Assembly (NCBI GenBank): GCA_041750285.1
Contig: JBGSZS010000018.1
Location: 224,001 to 288,000 of the forward strand
Source: Candidatus Fermentibacteraceae bacterium
GTDB taxonomy: Bacteria > Fermentibacterota > Fermentibacteria > Fermentibacterales > JCC-6
DNA: 64,000 nucleotides
Direction: 5' to 3'
The notes beneath the pieces were generated by a model. That model did not search any database. It saw only the letters and a list, made by a program, of their open reading frames with translations, and was not told where the DNA came from. Each line of letters begins with the position of its first letter. Position 1 is the stretch's first letter. Made by a program: the position numbers and the translations under genes. Shown here piece after piece: positions 40,721 to 50,906 of the stretch.

Positions 40721-41775
40721 TTCCGTCCCTGTCCGCCAAGAGAGAGAACCGCAGCCTCGAACGCCATCGTCGGTGAACCGTTTGCCCGAAGCCTTGTACC
40801 GCACAGAATGAACTGCTCTCCGGCCAGTTCCAGATACTCGTCGGTGAAGACGTTCCGCCCCGTCGTACTGCTGTTGACGGGCGCCCTTCCGGCAAGGCTC
40901 CTGCGTGAATCATGACACACGGCTGCCATCTCGTCACACAGGGCCAGAAGACCGTCCCTTCCAAGCTCCCGGGCGAGAGCGCCTGCGTACTCGAGCAGAC
41001 CGCCCTGGTCCCGCGTGCCTGCCAGCGTCTCCAGAAGTTCAAGGGCTCTGCCACCGTCCCGCCCAACCCAGGTCGGCGCCGCGGCAAGCGCCCTGCCAGG
41101 GCTGCCTCCGCTGGCAAGGGCCAGGCTCTCGATGTCTTCGGGACCCAGCCCGGTTCTCTTCGCGAGGATGCCCTTCACGTCCTTCATGCCAAGGGTACCG
41201 AGCCTGACGCAATGCGCCCGTGACCTTACCGTGGGCAGCACGCCCGAGAGAAAGGAGGTGGTAAGGATCAGCAGGGTTTTTTCGGGCGGTTCCTCGAGGG
41301 TTTTCAGAAGGGCGTTCGCAGCCTCTCTCCTCATCAGGTGGGCATCGATGATGATCTCCACGTGCCCCCTGCCCTCGAAGGATTTTCTGGACAGCCTTGC
41401 TTCGATCTCACGGATCTGCCCTATGCTTATCCCGGTGTTCCCCGGAAACCTGAGGGGAGTGACCCCGTCGGAGGCCCTTGCAGCCAGAAGGGCCGCCTCG
41501 TCATCGACTGTGACCGCTGCCGTGCGTGGAATCGTGAGCCTGACATCGGGGTGGTTCATCGAGAACAGTCTTTTGCAGTGCCGGCACTCGCCGCAGAAAC
41601 CCTGGGGGTCTTCAGGGCAGATCACGCACGCCGCCAGATCGAGGGCCATGGACAATCGGCCGCAACCTTCCGGACCGGCGATCAGGTAGGCGTGTGCAAG
41701 CCTGCCTGCGGCAACCGCTGAGCAAAGGAGGCTCTTCGCCCCGGACTGACCGGTCAGTGAGCCGAAGGGCTTCAC
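40717..41775 (-). CDS. holB: DNA polymerase III delta' subunit
   Basis: HAYL, CGECRHC, HPD, AANALLKTLEEP, TVRSR. Confidence 0.9.
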   Translation of the reverse strand: MKPFGSLTGQSGAKSLLCSAVAAGRLAHAYLIAGPEGCGRLSMALDLAACVICPEDPQGFCGECRHCKRLFSMNHPDVRLTIPRTAAVTVDDEAALLAARASDGVTPLRFPGNTGISIGQIREIEARLSRKSFEGRGHVEIIIDAHLMRREAANALLKTLEEPPEKTLLILTTSFLSGVLPTVRSRAHCVRLGTLGMKDVKGILAKRTGLGPEDIESLALASGGSPGRALAAAPTWVGRDGGRALELLETLAGTRDQGGLLEYAGALARELGRDGLLALCDEMAAVCHDSRRSLAGRAPVNSSTTGRNVFTDEYLELAGEQFILCGTRLRANGSPTMAFEAAVLSLGGQGRK

Positions 41776-42902
41776 GGTCCCGGCTCCAGATACTGCACGG
41801 GATCAACGGGTTCAGCGCCCCTTCGCATTTCGAGGTAGTAGCCCGGCCTTCCGCCGGGCAGCGGACCGGCCGTGCCTACAATCCCGCCCTGGGAAACCGA
41901 GTCGCCCCGAGCCACCTGAAGGTTCCCGAGGTGACCGTAGATCGAGAACCAGCCGTCCCTGTGGTCGAGCACTATCATGCGCCCGAGGCTCATGAACTCA
42001 CGCGAGAAGACGACGGACCCGCCGGCCAGGGCCCGGACGGTCTCCTCGGGCGCCGTGGCAACGCTCACGCCATCACAGACCGTCTCGGTTCCGTAGACAG
42101 GGTCCCTCTCTACGCCGAACCGTCTGACAACCGAACCACGGCCCGGCCATGGGATGCTTCCACGCATTCTGTCGAAAAACGAGTCTCCCCCCGGCTCGGG
42201 CAGCCCGGTTGAGACACCCGCCGTGCCGGGGGATGTGGCCCGCAGGTCCGCAACAAGGGCAGAAAGCTCTCTCCGCTGGGTCTCGAGGGCCGCGGCGGAT
42301 TCCGCGGCGGCGGATATCTCGTCGCGGAGGCTCAGCCTCAGCATCGCCTGCCTTTCCTCCTCACGGTAGATCCTCTCCTGAAGCTCTTCCATCTCGATCC
42401 TAAGTGTGCGAACACCGGAACGAAGCGTTTCGAGCGAGTCGCGGTAACGGGCCAGGCTGTCGCTGCTCTGTGTGAGCAATTCGATCTGTGCGCCGGCCCT
42501 TCTCGCCAGGTGATCGAGGTACACCCTCCTGCGCACCAGCGTCTGGATCCCGCCCCTGGAGAAGAGAAGGGCCTGGGATACCCTCGACCTTTGTGAGTAC
42601 AGGTACACCAGGTAGTCGGACAATCCCTGTTCAAGGATTGCCCGCGCGGAATCCTCGAGCATCCACTTCCCGTTGATCTCGTCTATCGACATGGTGAACC
42701 CGGCTTCCCTGAGGACCAGTTCGTTGTAGTACTCACGGGCGGCGGCAAGGTGTTCATGCAGTGCAAGAAGCACCTCGCGAGCGTCGGAATCCCGGTTCGA
42801 AAGCATCTCCAGCCGCAGCCTTGCCTCTTCGAGCCTCTGGTCGAGGCTGTCGGCGGGAGATGCTCCCGCAAGCAGCGCGAGGAAAAGGCCGAGCAGGACC
42901 AC
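41772..42902 (-). CDS. EnvC-like coiled-coil protein with degenerate M23 domain
   Basis: Signal peptide, long coiled coil, M23 domain lacking the HxxxD His (CDGVS), YGHL. Confidence 0.8.
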   Translation of the reverse strand: MVLLGLFLALLAGASPADSLDQRLEEARLRLEMLSNRDSDAREVLLALHEHLAAAREYYNELVLREAGFTMSIDEINGKWMLEDSARAILEQGLSDYLVYLYSQRSRVSQALLFSRGGIQTLVRRRVYLDHLARRAGAQIELLTQSSDSLARYRDSLETLRSGVRTLRIEMEELQERIYREEERQAMLRLSLRDEISAAAESAAALETQRRELSALVADLRATSPGTAGVSTGLPEPGGDSFFDRMRGSIPWPGRGSVVRRFGVERDPVYGTETVCDGVSVATAPEETVRALAGGSVVFSREFMSLGRMIVLDHRDGWFSIYGHLGNLQVARGDSVSQGGIVGTAGPLPGGRPGYYLEMRRGAEPVDPVQYLEPGP

Positions 42903-42906
42903 TGTC

Positions 42907-44067
42907 CTACTTCAGAAGCAGTGCCGAAAGCTCGCCAGCCTTGTCGGTTCTTTCCCACCTGAACGAGCCGTCGCCGCCGTTCACCCTGCCAAAATGGCCG
43001 AATGAAGCCGTTTTTTCGAAAATGGGGCTTTTGAGGCCCAGTTCCTCGATTATGCCGTAAGGCCTGAGAGGGAAGATGTCGCGCACGGCCTTCTCGACCA
43101 GGCTGAGATCGCCAACCTTCTCCGTGCCGAAAGTGTCGATGCGAACACTGAGCGGATCGGGGTACCCGATGGCATAGGCCAGCTGGATCTCGCAGCGGTC
43201 GGCTATCCCCGCGGCAACGAGGTTTTTCGCAATGTACCTTGCCATGTAGGCGGCCGATCGGTCGACCTTGGTGCTGTCCTTCCCGCTGAATGCCCCGCCT
43301 CCGTGGCGCCCGGCGCCGCCGTAGGTGTCGACGATTATCTTGCGGCCCGTGAGACCGGTGTCGCCGTTGGGGCCGCCGATGACGAACCTGCCCGAGGGGT
43401 TGTAGAGAAGCTTCCCGGACCATTCGAGGCTTGGCACTATCACTTCAAGAACGGGGTCCACCACCTTGCTGCGGATCTCGCGGCTCATCTCATCGTTCGT
43501 GGCGTCTTCCGAGTGATGAACCGACATGAGTATCTCGGTTATCGCAACGGGCCGGTCGCCTTCGTACTGAACCGTGACCTGGCTCTTGGCGTCGGGTCTG
43601 GCCCAGGAGAGATTTCCGCGGCGGCGCTCTGTTGACAGCTTTTCGAGAAGCCTGTGAGCGAGATGGATGGGGTAGGGCATGAGGGCCTTGGTCTCGGTGC
43701 AGGCGAACCCGAACATCATGCCCTGGTCGCCGGCGCCCTGATTCGCCGTGACTCCGTTGTTGATGTCCTGGGACTGGGAGTGTATCCTGACCTGGTACTC
43801 GATCTCGTCTGCGCAAAAACCTATCCCCGGGATATCGTAGCCGATGGACTTGATCGTTTCACGGGCCACATCGAGGTAGTCGACCTGTCCGTTGGCGCGA
43901 ACCTCGCCGGCGACGAGGCAGAAATTGGTCGTGACAAGGGTCTCGCAGGCGACGTGGCTGTCGGGATCCTGCCTGAGATGGGCGTCCAGAACCGCGTCGG
44001 ATATCTGGTCGCACACCTTGTCGGGGTGCCCTTCGGACACCGATTCACTGGTGAAGAGCTTTCTCAT
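42907..44067 (-). CDS. metK: S-adenosylmethionine synthetase
   Basis: FTSESVSEGHPDK, GAGDQG, GLTGRKIIVDTYGG, GGGAFSGKD. Confidence 0.97.
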   Translation of the reverse strand: MRKLFTSESVSEGHPDKVCDQISDAVLDAHLRQDPDSHVACETLVTTNFCLVAGEVRANGQVDYLDVARETIKSIGYDIPGIGFCADEIEYQVRIHSQSQDINNGVTANQGAGDQGMMFGFACTETKALMPYPIHLAHRLLEKLSTERRRGNLSWARPDAKSQVTVQYEGDRPVAITEILMSVHHSEDATNDEMSREIRSKVVDPVLEVIVPSLEWSGKLLYNPSGRFVIGGPNGDTGLTGRKIIVDTYGGAGRHGGGAFSGKDSTKVDRSAAYMARYIAKNLVAAGIADRCEIQLAYAIGYPDPLSVRIDTFGTEKVGDLSLVEKAVRDIFPLRPYGIIEELGLKSPIFEKTASFGHFGRVNGGDGSFRWERTDKAGELSALLLK

Positions 44068-44080
44068 CGATTACCTCCCG

Positions 44081-44107
44081 AAAAAAAATAGCCGTCGGCC
44101 GACGGCT
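44081..44107 (-). terminator. Intrinsic terminator in the metK leader
   Basis: AGCCGUC-GGCC-GACGGCU-A-U8, immediately before the GGAGG RBS. Confidence 0.85.
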
Positions 44108-44122
44108 TGAGGCACAGCTGGC

Positions 44123-44177
44123 GGCATTTTAGCACTTTTTTTAGCGTGGTTGCAATACGCCTCAAATCACTCCACGT
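44123..44177 (-). ncRNA. SAM-II riboswitch aptamer
   Basis: CGUGG-AGUGAUUUGA-GGCGU-AUUGCAA-CCACG-CUAAAAAAAGU-GCUAAA-AUGCC. P1 CGUGG/CCACG; conserved UGAUUU, UUGC and GCUAAA; pseudoknot GGCGU/AUGCC; upstream of metK. Confidence 0.88.
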
Positions 44178-44184
44178 TGACCGG

Positions 44185-44213
44185 AATATTGAGAAGATCA
44201 CGGGCCCGGTCAA
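44185..44213 (-). promoter_or_regulatory. Putative sigma70 promoter of the metK leader
   Basis: TTGACC-17 nt-AATATT, placing the predicted TSS just before the aptamer. Confidence 0.55.
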
Positions 44214-45955
44214 TCCCGCGTGTCTTCTGCCAGCCCCGCTATCTGATCAAGGTTGTCGGGGTCGAGGTCTTCCCCCGAGGCGCTTACAGTTCGGGAAAGC
44301 CTTTCGCTGAGGGCATCCATGTCACCCGCATACCTGTTCACCAGGGCGTTGTTCTTCAGGGTCTCGCGGCGGGTTTCGAGGGTTCGGAGTTCTTCGTTTC
44401 TTCTTTCAGCTTCCATTTCACCCCACTGCTCGAGCCTTTTCTTCTCCAGATAGGCTTTGCCTGAGCTGTCGGGGAACAGGTAGTAAAGCATCTTTTCCTG
44501 CATGGTCCCGGCCAGCGGGAGGGTGGTTCCCGGGGCGAGGGGGATCTCACGGTTGAAGGATGAGGAATCGTACTGGCGTTCATCCCTGAACCCGCAGACC
44601 TGCTGCCTGTAGTCGGGGCTGACCGGGAAGGGCGTCTTTCCGTAGTATCCGGCGATCAGGTTCACGAACTGCACCGGGTTGACATCCTTGCCCATTGCCG
44701 TGAAATACGCTTTCACGCCTACGATCTGGCTGGTGGGGGTGACAAGGGGGCACCAGCCGGCCTTCCGGCGGACCTCCTGAACGGCTTCGAGGGCTCTGCC
44801 GAGGTATTCGGACTTGTTGTCGCGGGCAAGCTGGTTCACGAAGTTGGAGTACATTCCGCCCGGGATCTGTGCTTCCAGGACCTTGAGGTTCGGCGGAGGG
44901 AAACCGCAGAGGGCCTCCATTTCATGAACAACCGCAAGGGCGTTCTCGATCCGCCCTTTCGCGAGGTGCTCGACGGCCTCCCCAGCCATGGGCAGCAAAA
45001 CCTCGCGACCCGGCCAGACCGAACGGTGAACCTTCAGATTGAACTGCGCTTCGCACTCGGAGACGACCTCGCGCATCTCCCGGTGAAGGGGTTCGAGGGT
45101 TGCGTCCGAAAGATCGAGCCCGGTTTCGATCCCCAGAACTTCGGCGAAAACCCCAAGAAGCTCGGCGGAGGGGTGGGAACTGCCGCCGGCAAGCGGAAGG
45201 AACGCCGTGTCGATCATGTCCACACCGCAGAGCATGGCGATCACCGCTGAGATGTGGCCGTAGCCGGGAGTGCAGTGGGTGTGGCTGACCACGGGTACCG
45301 ACAGCTTCGCCTTCAGCCCGCTGTAGTATTCCCACGCGTCGACAGGCGATTTAAGACCGGCCATGTCCTTGTCGCTGATCATGTCGGCGCCCATTTCCTG
45401 AAGTTCGAGCGCCTTTCTGACAAAGTGATCGGTGTCGTAGGGGGTGCCGGTGGTGTAGCACACCGCGGCGTCGAACGTGCCCCCGGCCTCGCGGACTCCC
45501 GCCAGCGCGGCCCTGAAATTGGGAACGTGGTTCAGCGCGTCGAAGATGCGCATGATGGTGGTGCCCGCCTTGACAGCCTCGCGGTTGAAGTCGCGAACTA
45601 TGTCGTCGGGGTACGGATCGTAACCGAACAGGTTCTGCCCGCGTGAAAGGGTTCTGAGCCCGGCTCCGTAGGGGCGTGACTTCTCGCTCATGAGAGCAAG
45701 CCGGTCGAAGGGGTTCTCATCGAGGAACCGCATGGCGCTGTCAAGCACTGCGCCTCCCCAGACTTCCAGTGTTTTGACTCCGGTGTCGAGCACGGGCCCC
45801 ATGAGCCTCATTACCTGTGCGGTGGACATCCTTGTCGCCAGAAGTGACTGCTGACCGTCACGAAGGGAGAGGTCGATGAATTGAACCTTTCCGGCACCGC
45901 TGCCCACCATTCTGGGGGCGGGTTTCAACCCTGCAAGAAGCCTGGATAGACGCAT
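44210..45955 (-). CDS. Pyruvate/oxaloacetate carboxyltransferase (OadA/PycB/transcarboxylase 5S-like), no biotinyl domain
   Basis: RDGQQSL.ATRM, EVWGGA, RIFDALN, KDMAG, HTH, IPGGMYSN, LVTPTSQIVG. No MKM motif. Confidence 0.88.
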   Translation of the reverse strand: MRLSRLLAGLKPAPRMVGSGAGKVQFIDLSLRDGQQSLLATRMSTAQVMRLMGPVLDTGVKTLEVWGGAVLDSAMRFLDENPFDRLALMSEKSRPYGAGLRTLSRGQNLFGYDPYPDDIVRDFNREAVKAGTTIMRIFDALNHVPNFRAALAGVREAGGTFDAAVCYTTGTPYDTDHFVRKALELQEMGADMISDKDMAGLKSPVDAWEYYSGLKAKLSVPVVSHTHCTPGYGHISAVIAMLCGVDMIDTAFLPLAGGSSHPSAELLGVFAEVLGIETGLDLSDATLEPLHREMREVVSECEAQFNLKVHRSVWPGREVLLPMAGEAVEHLAKGRIENALAVVHEMEALCGFPPPNLKVLEAQIPGGMYSNFVNQLARDNKSEYLGRALEAVQEVRRKAGWCPLVTPTSQIVGVKAYFTAMGKDVNPVQFVNLIAGYYGKTPFPVSPDYRQQVCGFRDERQYDSSSFNREIPLAPGTTLPLAGTMQEKMLYYLFPDSSGKAYLEKKRLEQWGEMEAERRNEELRTLETRRETLKNNALVNRYAGDMDALSERLSRTVSASGEDLDPDNLDQIAGLAEDTRD

Positions 45956-46069
45956 TCGGGAACCTCTCCGGGGGGTTGGGGCTTTTTCCTCAAACCACCG
46001 TGATTATATTGCATCCTGTCATGTGCGTGGTATTCATCTAACAGAGACTCTCCGAGGGGTTGCGAGCCT

Positions 46070-46864
46070 ATGGCGGATCAGGACAAAGTGCGTGACTTCA
46101 TCAGGGATGCCCACAGGAACGCTGTGTCAGGAAACCGCGGGCGTGCACTCGAGCTCATAAGAAAGGCTCTTTCCCTCGATCCGGATGAGCGCGTGATCAC
46201 CGAGACCATACTCGCAATGGAGCAGGGCGAACCTTCCCCGAAACCCCGCCCCGCGCCGGTCATACCGGACCCTGTCAGGCTTTCCGAAAGGACTGATCCA
46301 ATGGCCATCGATCCAAAGCTGGAAAAAGCACTCGACCTCTCCGAACAATGCCGGCGGTCCGGCGAAAACAACAAAGCGCTGGCTTACCTGAAGAAGGCGA
46401 AGGTCCTTTTCCCCGACAACCCGGTCGTGGAGGAGCGGCTCACGGCCCTGACATCGTGCCTGCAGGCCGAGACACTCATCTGCGTCGCCAGGAAACGCAT
46501 GGACCAGGGGGAGATGCAGAAGGCCGTCATGGCGGCGAGGCAGGCCTTTGCCGTTCTTCCCGACGCTCCCGGGCTATGCGAGCTTCTTACAGACCTCGAG
46601 GCCATTTCAAGGAACTCGCCCAACGTGCAGTTCGAAGGCGAGTACCGCCACGACATAGACCTGAACGACGGGGAAGACCTTGAAGACTACGACGACACAC
46701 AGGACTCGGTCGATGACTTCATTGAACGGATCAGGCAGCTGGTGAGGGATGACCGCTGGGACGAGGCCGCAATCCTCGTGGAACAGGGCGTTGCAGACTT
46801 CCCGGACAACGAGCTTCTCGAAACGTTCAAGGTCAAGTTCAAGCGTCTGGGCTTTTTGACCTGA
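46070..46864 (+). CDS. TPR-repeat protein
   Basis: Repeated A..L.KA..L.P helical motifs and an acidic linker. Confidence 0.7.
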   Translation: MADQDKVRDFIRDAHRNAVSGNRGRALELIRKALSLDPDERVITETILAMEQGEPSPKPRPAPVIPDPVRLSERTDPMAIDPKLEKALDLSEQCRRSGENNKALAYLKKAKVLFPDNPVVEERLTALTSCLQAETLICVARKRMDQGEMQKAVMAARQAFAVLPDAPGLCELLTDLEAISRNSPNVQFEGEYRHDIDLNDGEDLEDYDDTQDSVDDFIERIRQLVRDDRWDEAAILVEQGVADFPDNELLETFKVKFKRLGFLT

Positions 46865-46891
46865 GCCTTCCACGAAGCCCCGGATCGGGAT

Positions 46892-47071
46892 CTATCCGCT
46901 GAAAAAACCCGGCACGCAGGTGAGGAGCACTCCAACGACCAGGGCCGCCACCCCGGCCACGAACAGGGCGCCGGCAAGCACTCCGTGAAAACGCTTCCTG
47001 CCCATCATCACAAAGCCCACTGACGCAGCTGCAAGCCCGGGGACAACCAGGGCAAGGTATCCGAGATTCAC
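46892..47071 (-). CDS. Small two-TM membrane protein (59 aa)
   Basis: Not in ORF track. GGAGG + GTG; MNLGYLALVVPGLAAASVGFVMMGRKRFHGVLAGALFVAGVAALVVGVLLTCVPGFFSG. Confidence 0.65.
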   Translation of the reverse strand: MNLGYLALVVPGLAAASVGFVMMGRKRFHGVLAGALFVAGVAALVVGVLLTCVPGFFSG

Positions 47072-47128
47072 CGGCAGACCTCCATGTGTAACTGACCGAT
47101 CCGAAATATAGCCTTTTCCCGTGACCCG

Positions 47129-48127
47129 CTACCTGCCCGTGCTCCTGACCTGTTCCCAGAGAGCCTTCTCCCCGGGTGACAGGCCAGTGGGTATGCCCAC
47201 GACAACGTGAACGAGCTGGTCGCCCTGAATGCCCCTTTGCACTGCTCCGCGGCCCCTGATCCTCATTACGGTGCCGGGCTGGGTTCCTTCGGGAACCTTG
47301 AGCCGCACCTTTCCGTCAAGCGTCCTTACCATGACCCTGGTTCCCAGGACGGCCTGCGCGGCAGTGATCCGCACGTCGCAGTGAATGTCGCGTCCATCCC
47401 TGCGCAGGAACCTGTCGGGAAGCACCCTGATCATCGCCTGCACGGTACCGCCGGCAGTCTGAATCCGCAGGACGCTTCCGTCCTCCACGCCTGCCGGAAC
47501 GGTGACGGTAACCCTGTCGTTCGAGCCCGCCATGCCGGTTCCCCCGCAGGCTGCGCAGCGATTCGACAGCGTGTACCCCCTGCCTCCGCAGTTCTGGCAT
47601 GGGTGGCTGGTGGAGAACAGCCCATGGCCGCTGGTCATCCTGCCGCTTCCGCCGCATGAGGCACAGGTTTCGCGGCCCGTCCCGCCGACTCCGCCGCAAG
47701 CGCTGCACTCAACGGGAACGTTGAGCACCGCCTCGACGGAACCTCCCCTCGCTGCCGTGGCGAAGGGAACGGCAAGGTCGACAGTGGGTTGCGGCCGTCT
47801 GGCCCGGCTGCCGAACCCGCCTCCGAATATGCCGCTGAGTATGTCGCCGAGTCCCCCGAAGCCTCCCTCGAAGTCCCCCCCGGGCATCCCGTCCTGGCCG
47901 AAGAATGTTCCACCGCCTTTTTTGGCGGCATCGTACCTGGCCCTTTTTCCGGGGTCACCAACGACGTCGTAGGCGTCCTGGATCTCCTTGAAGCGCTCTT
48001 CGGCTGCCCTGTCCCCGGGGTTGGCGTCAGGATGGTACTTCTTTGCGAGCTTCCTGTAGGCCTTCTTTATCTCGTCCTGACCGGCGTCTTCCGAAACCCC
48101 GAGGATCGAATAGGGATCCCTATTCAC
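47129..48127 (-). CDS. dnaJ: Chaperone DnaJ
   Basis: J-domain HPD, G/F region, four CxxCxGxG motifs. Confidence 0.93.
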   Translation of the reverse strand: MNRDPYSILGVSEDAGQDEIKKAYRKLAKKYHPDANPGDRAAEERFKEIQDAYDVVGDPGKRARYDAAKKGGGTFFGQDGMPGGDFEGGFGGLGDILSGIFGGGFGSRARRPQPTVDLAVPFATAARGGSVEAVLNVPVECSACGGVGGTGRETCASCGGSGRMTSGHGLFSTSHPCQNCGGRGYTLSNRCAACGGTGMAGSNDRVTVTVPAGVEDGSVLRIQTAGGTVQAMIRVLPDRFLRRDGRDIHCDVRITAAQAVLGTRVMVRTLDGKVRLKVPEGTQPGTVMRIRGRGAVQRGIQGDQLVHVVVGIPTGLSPGEKALWEQVRSTGR

Positions 48128-48735
48128 CGTCCCCTCCGACCTCCCTCTTCAGCCCCCGGATGACCTTGACCCTGACCGGTCTGATAAGGTCCTGCCCCAG
48201 CCTGTACCCCTTCTGAAGGACCAGTTTCACTGCGTCGGAAGCCTCTTCCTCGGAGTCTTCAGCCATCATGGCCTCGTGGATGTTGGGGTCGAAGGGATCG
48301 CCCCGCGATGTTTCGACCTCGCTGAGCCCCTCCTTCTGAAGAAGGGATTCGAGGTGGGTGCCTATCTGAAGCAGCCCCGCAATGATCTCGCTCTCGGGGT
48401 GGCTTCCGTCCAGGGTTTCACGGGCCCTGTCGAAGTTGTCCAGAACGGAGAGGAGCTCGGTCATCAGCTGCCTTCTGCCCTGGCTGATGAGGCGGTTGAA
48501 ATCCCGGGCCTGCCTTTTCCTGTAGTTGTCGAACTCGGCTGCCAGACGTTTGTAGTCCTCCATGAGGCTGTTGTAGTCTTCGAGGGAGACCGGCGCGCCT
48601 TCTTCGTGGGATTGCTCCGCCTGCGGCGCGGCGGCAAGGTCCTGCAACGCCTCGATCATCTCATCGTTCTCGGCGCCGCGCCTTTGGGGTCCGGTGCTCC
48701 TTCTGGGGTCGTCGCCGGAGAGCTTCGTCTTACCG

Positions 48736-48749
<14 letters not shown>
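48120..48749 (-). CDS. grpE: Nucleotide exchange factor GrpE
   Basis: [28 protein letters not shown]...IRP. Confidence 0.93.
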
Positions 48750-50643
<1,894 letters not shown>

Positions 50644-50732
50644 TTCAGTCCTCCGTTCCTTCGGGTTCCAAAATCTTCGCCATATCAGGAAGCACGGGGG
50701 CTCCTGACGGCACGATTACTGACATGCATAAA

Positions 50733-50748
50733 AGCAACATGCTTGCCA
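50733..50748 (-). promoter_or_regulatory. sigma54 (-24/-12) promoter upstream of dnaK
   Basis: TGGCAAGCATGTTGCT = GG-N10-GC, one mismatch to TGGCACG-N4-TTGCW. Confidence 0.65.
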
Positions 50749-50906
50749 CTTGCCGCAATGTGGCGCATAAGATTGCGCTGTATTGTTTTATGCGGCAACA
50801 AGCTTCTCCCCGGCACATGCGCCGCTTTTTCGTGGGGTCTTTGTGGCACGCAATTCCGTATCGGGGGTATATTTTTCCGATTATCCCGGGAAGGCGGTCC
50901 GGTTTT

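Noticed and set aside
44129..44155. TTAGCACT resembling a CIRCE half-site
   Set aside because: Second half is absent; the sequence is the reverse complement of the riboswitch GUGCUAA.
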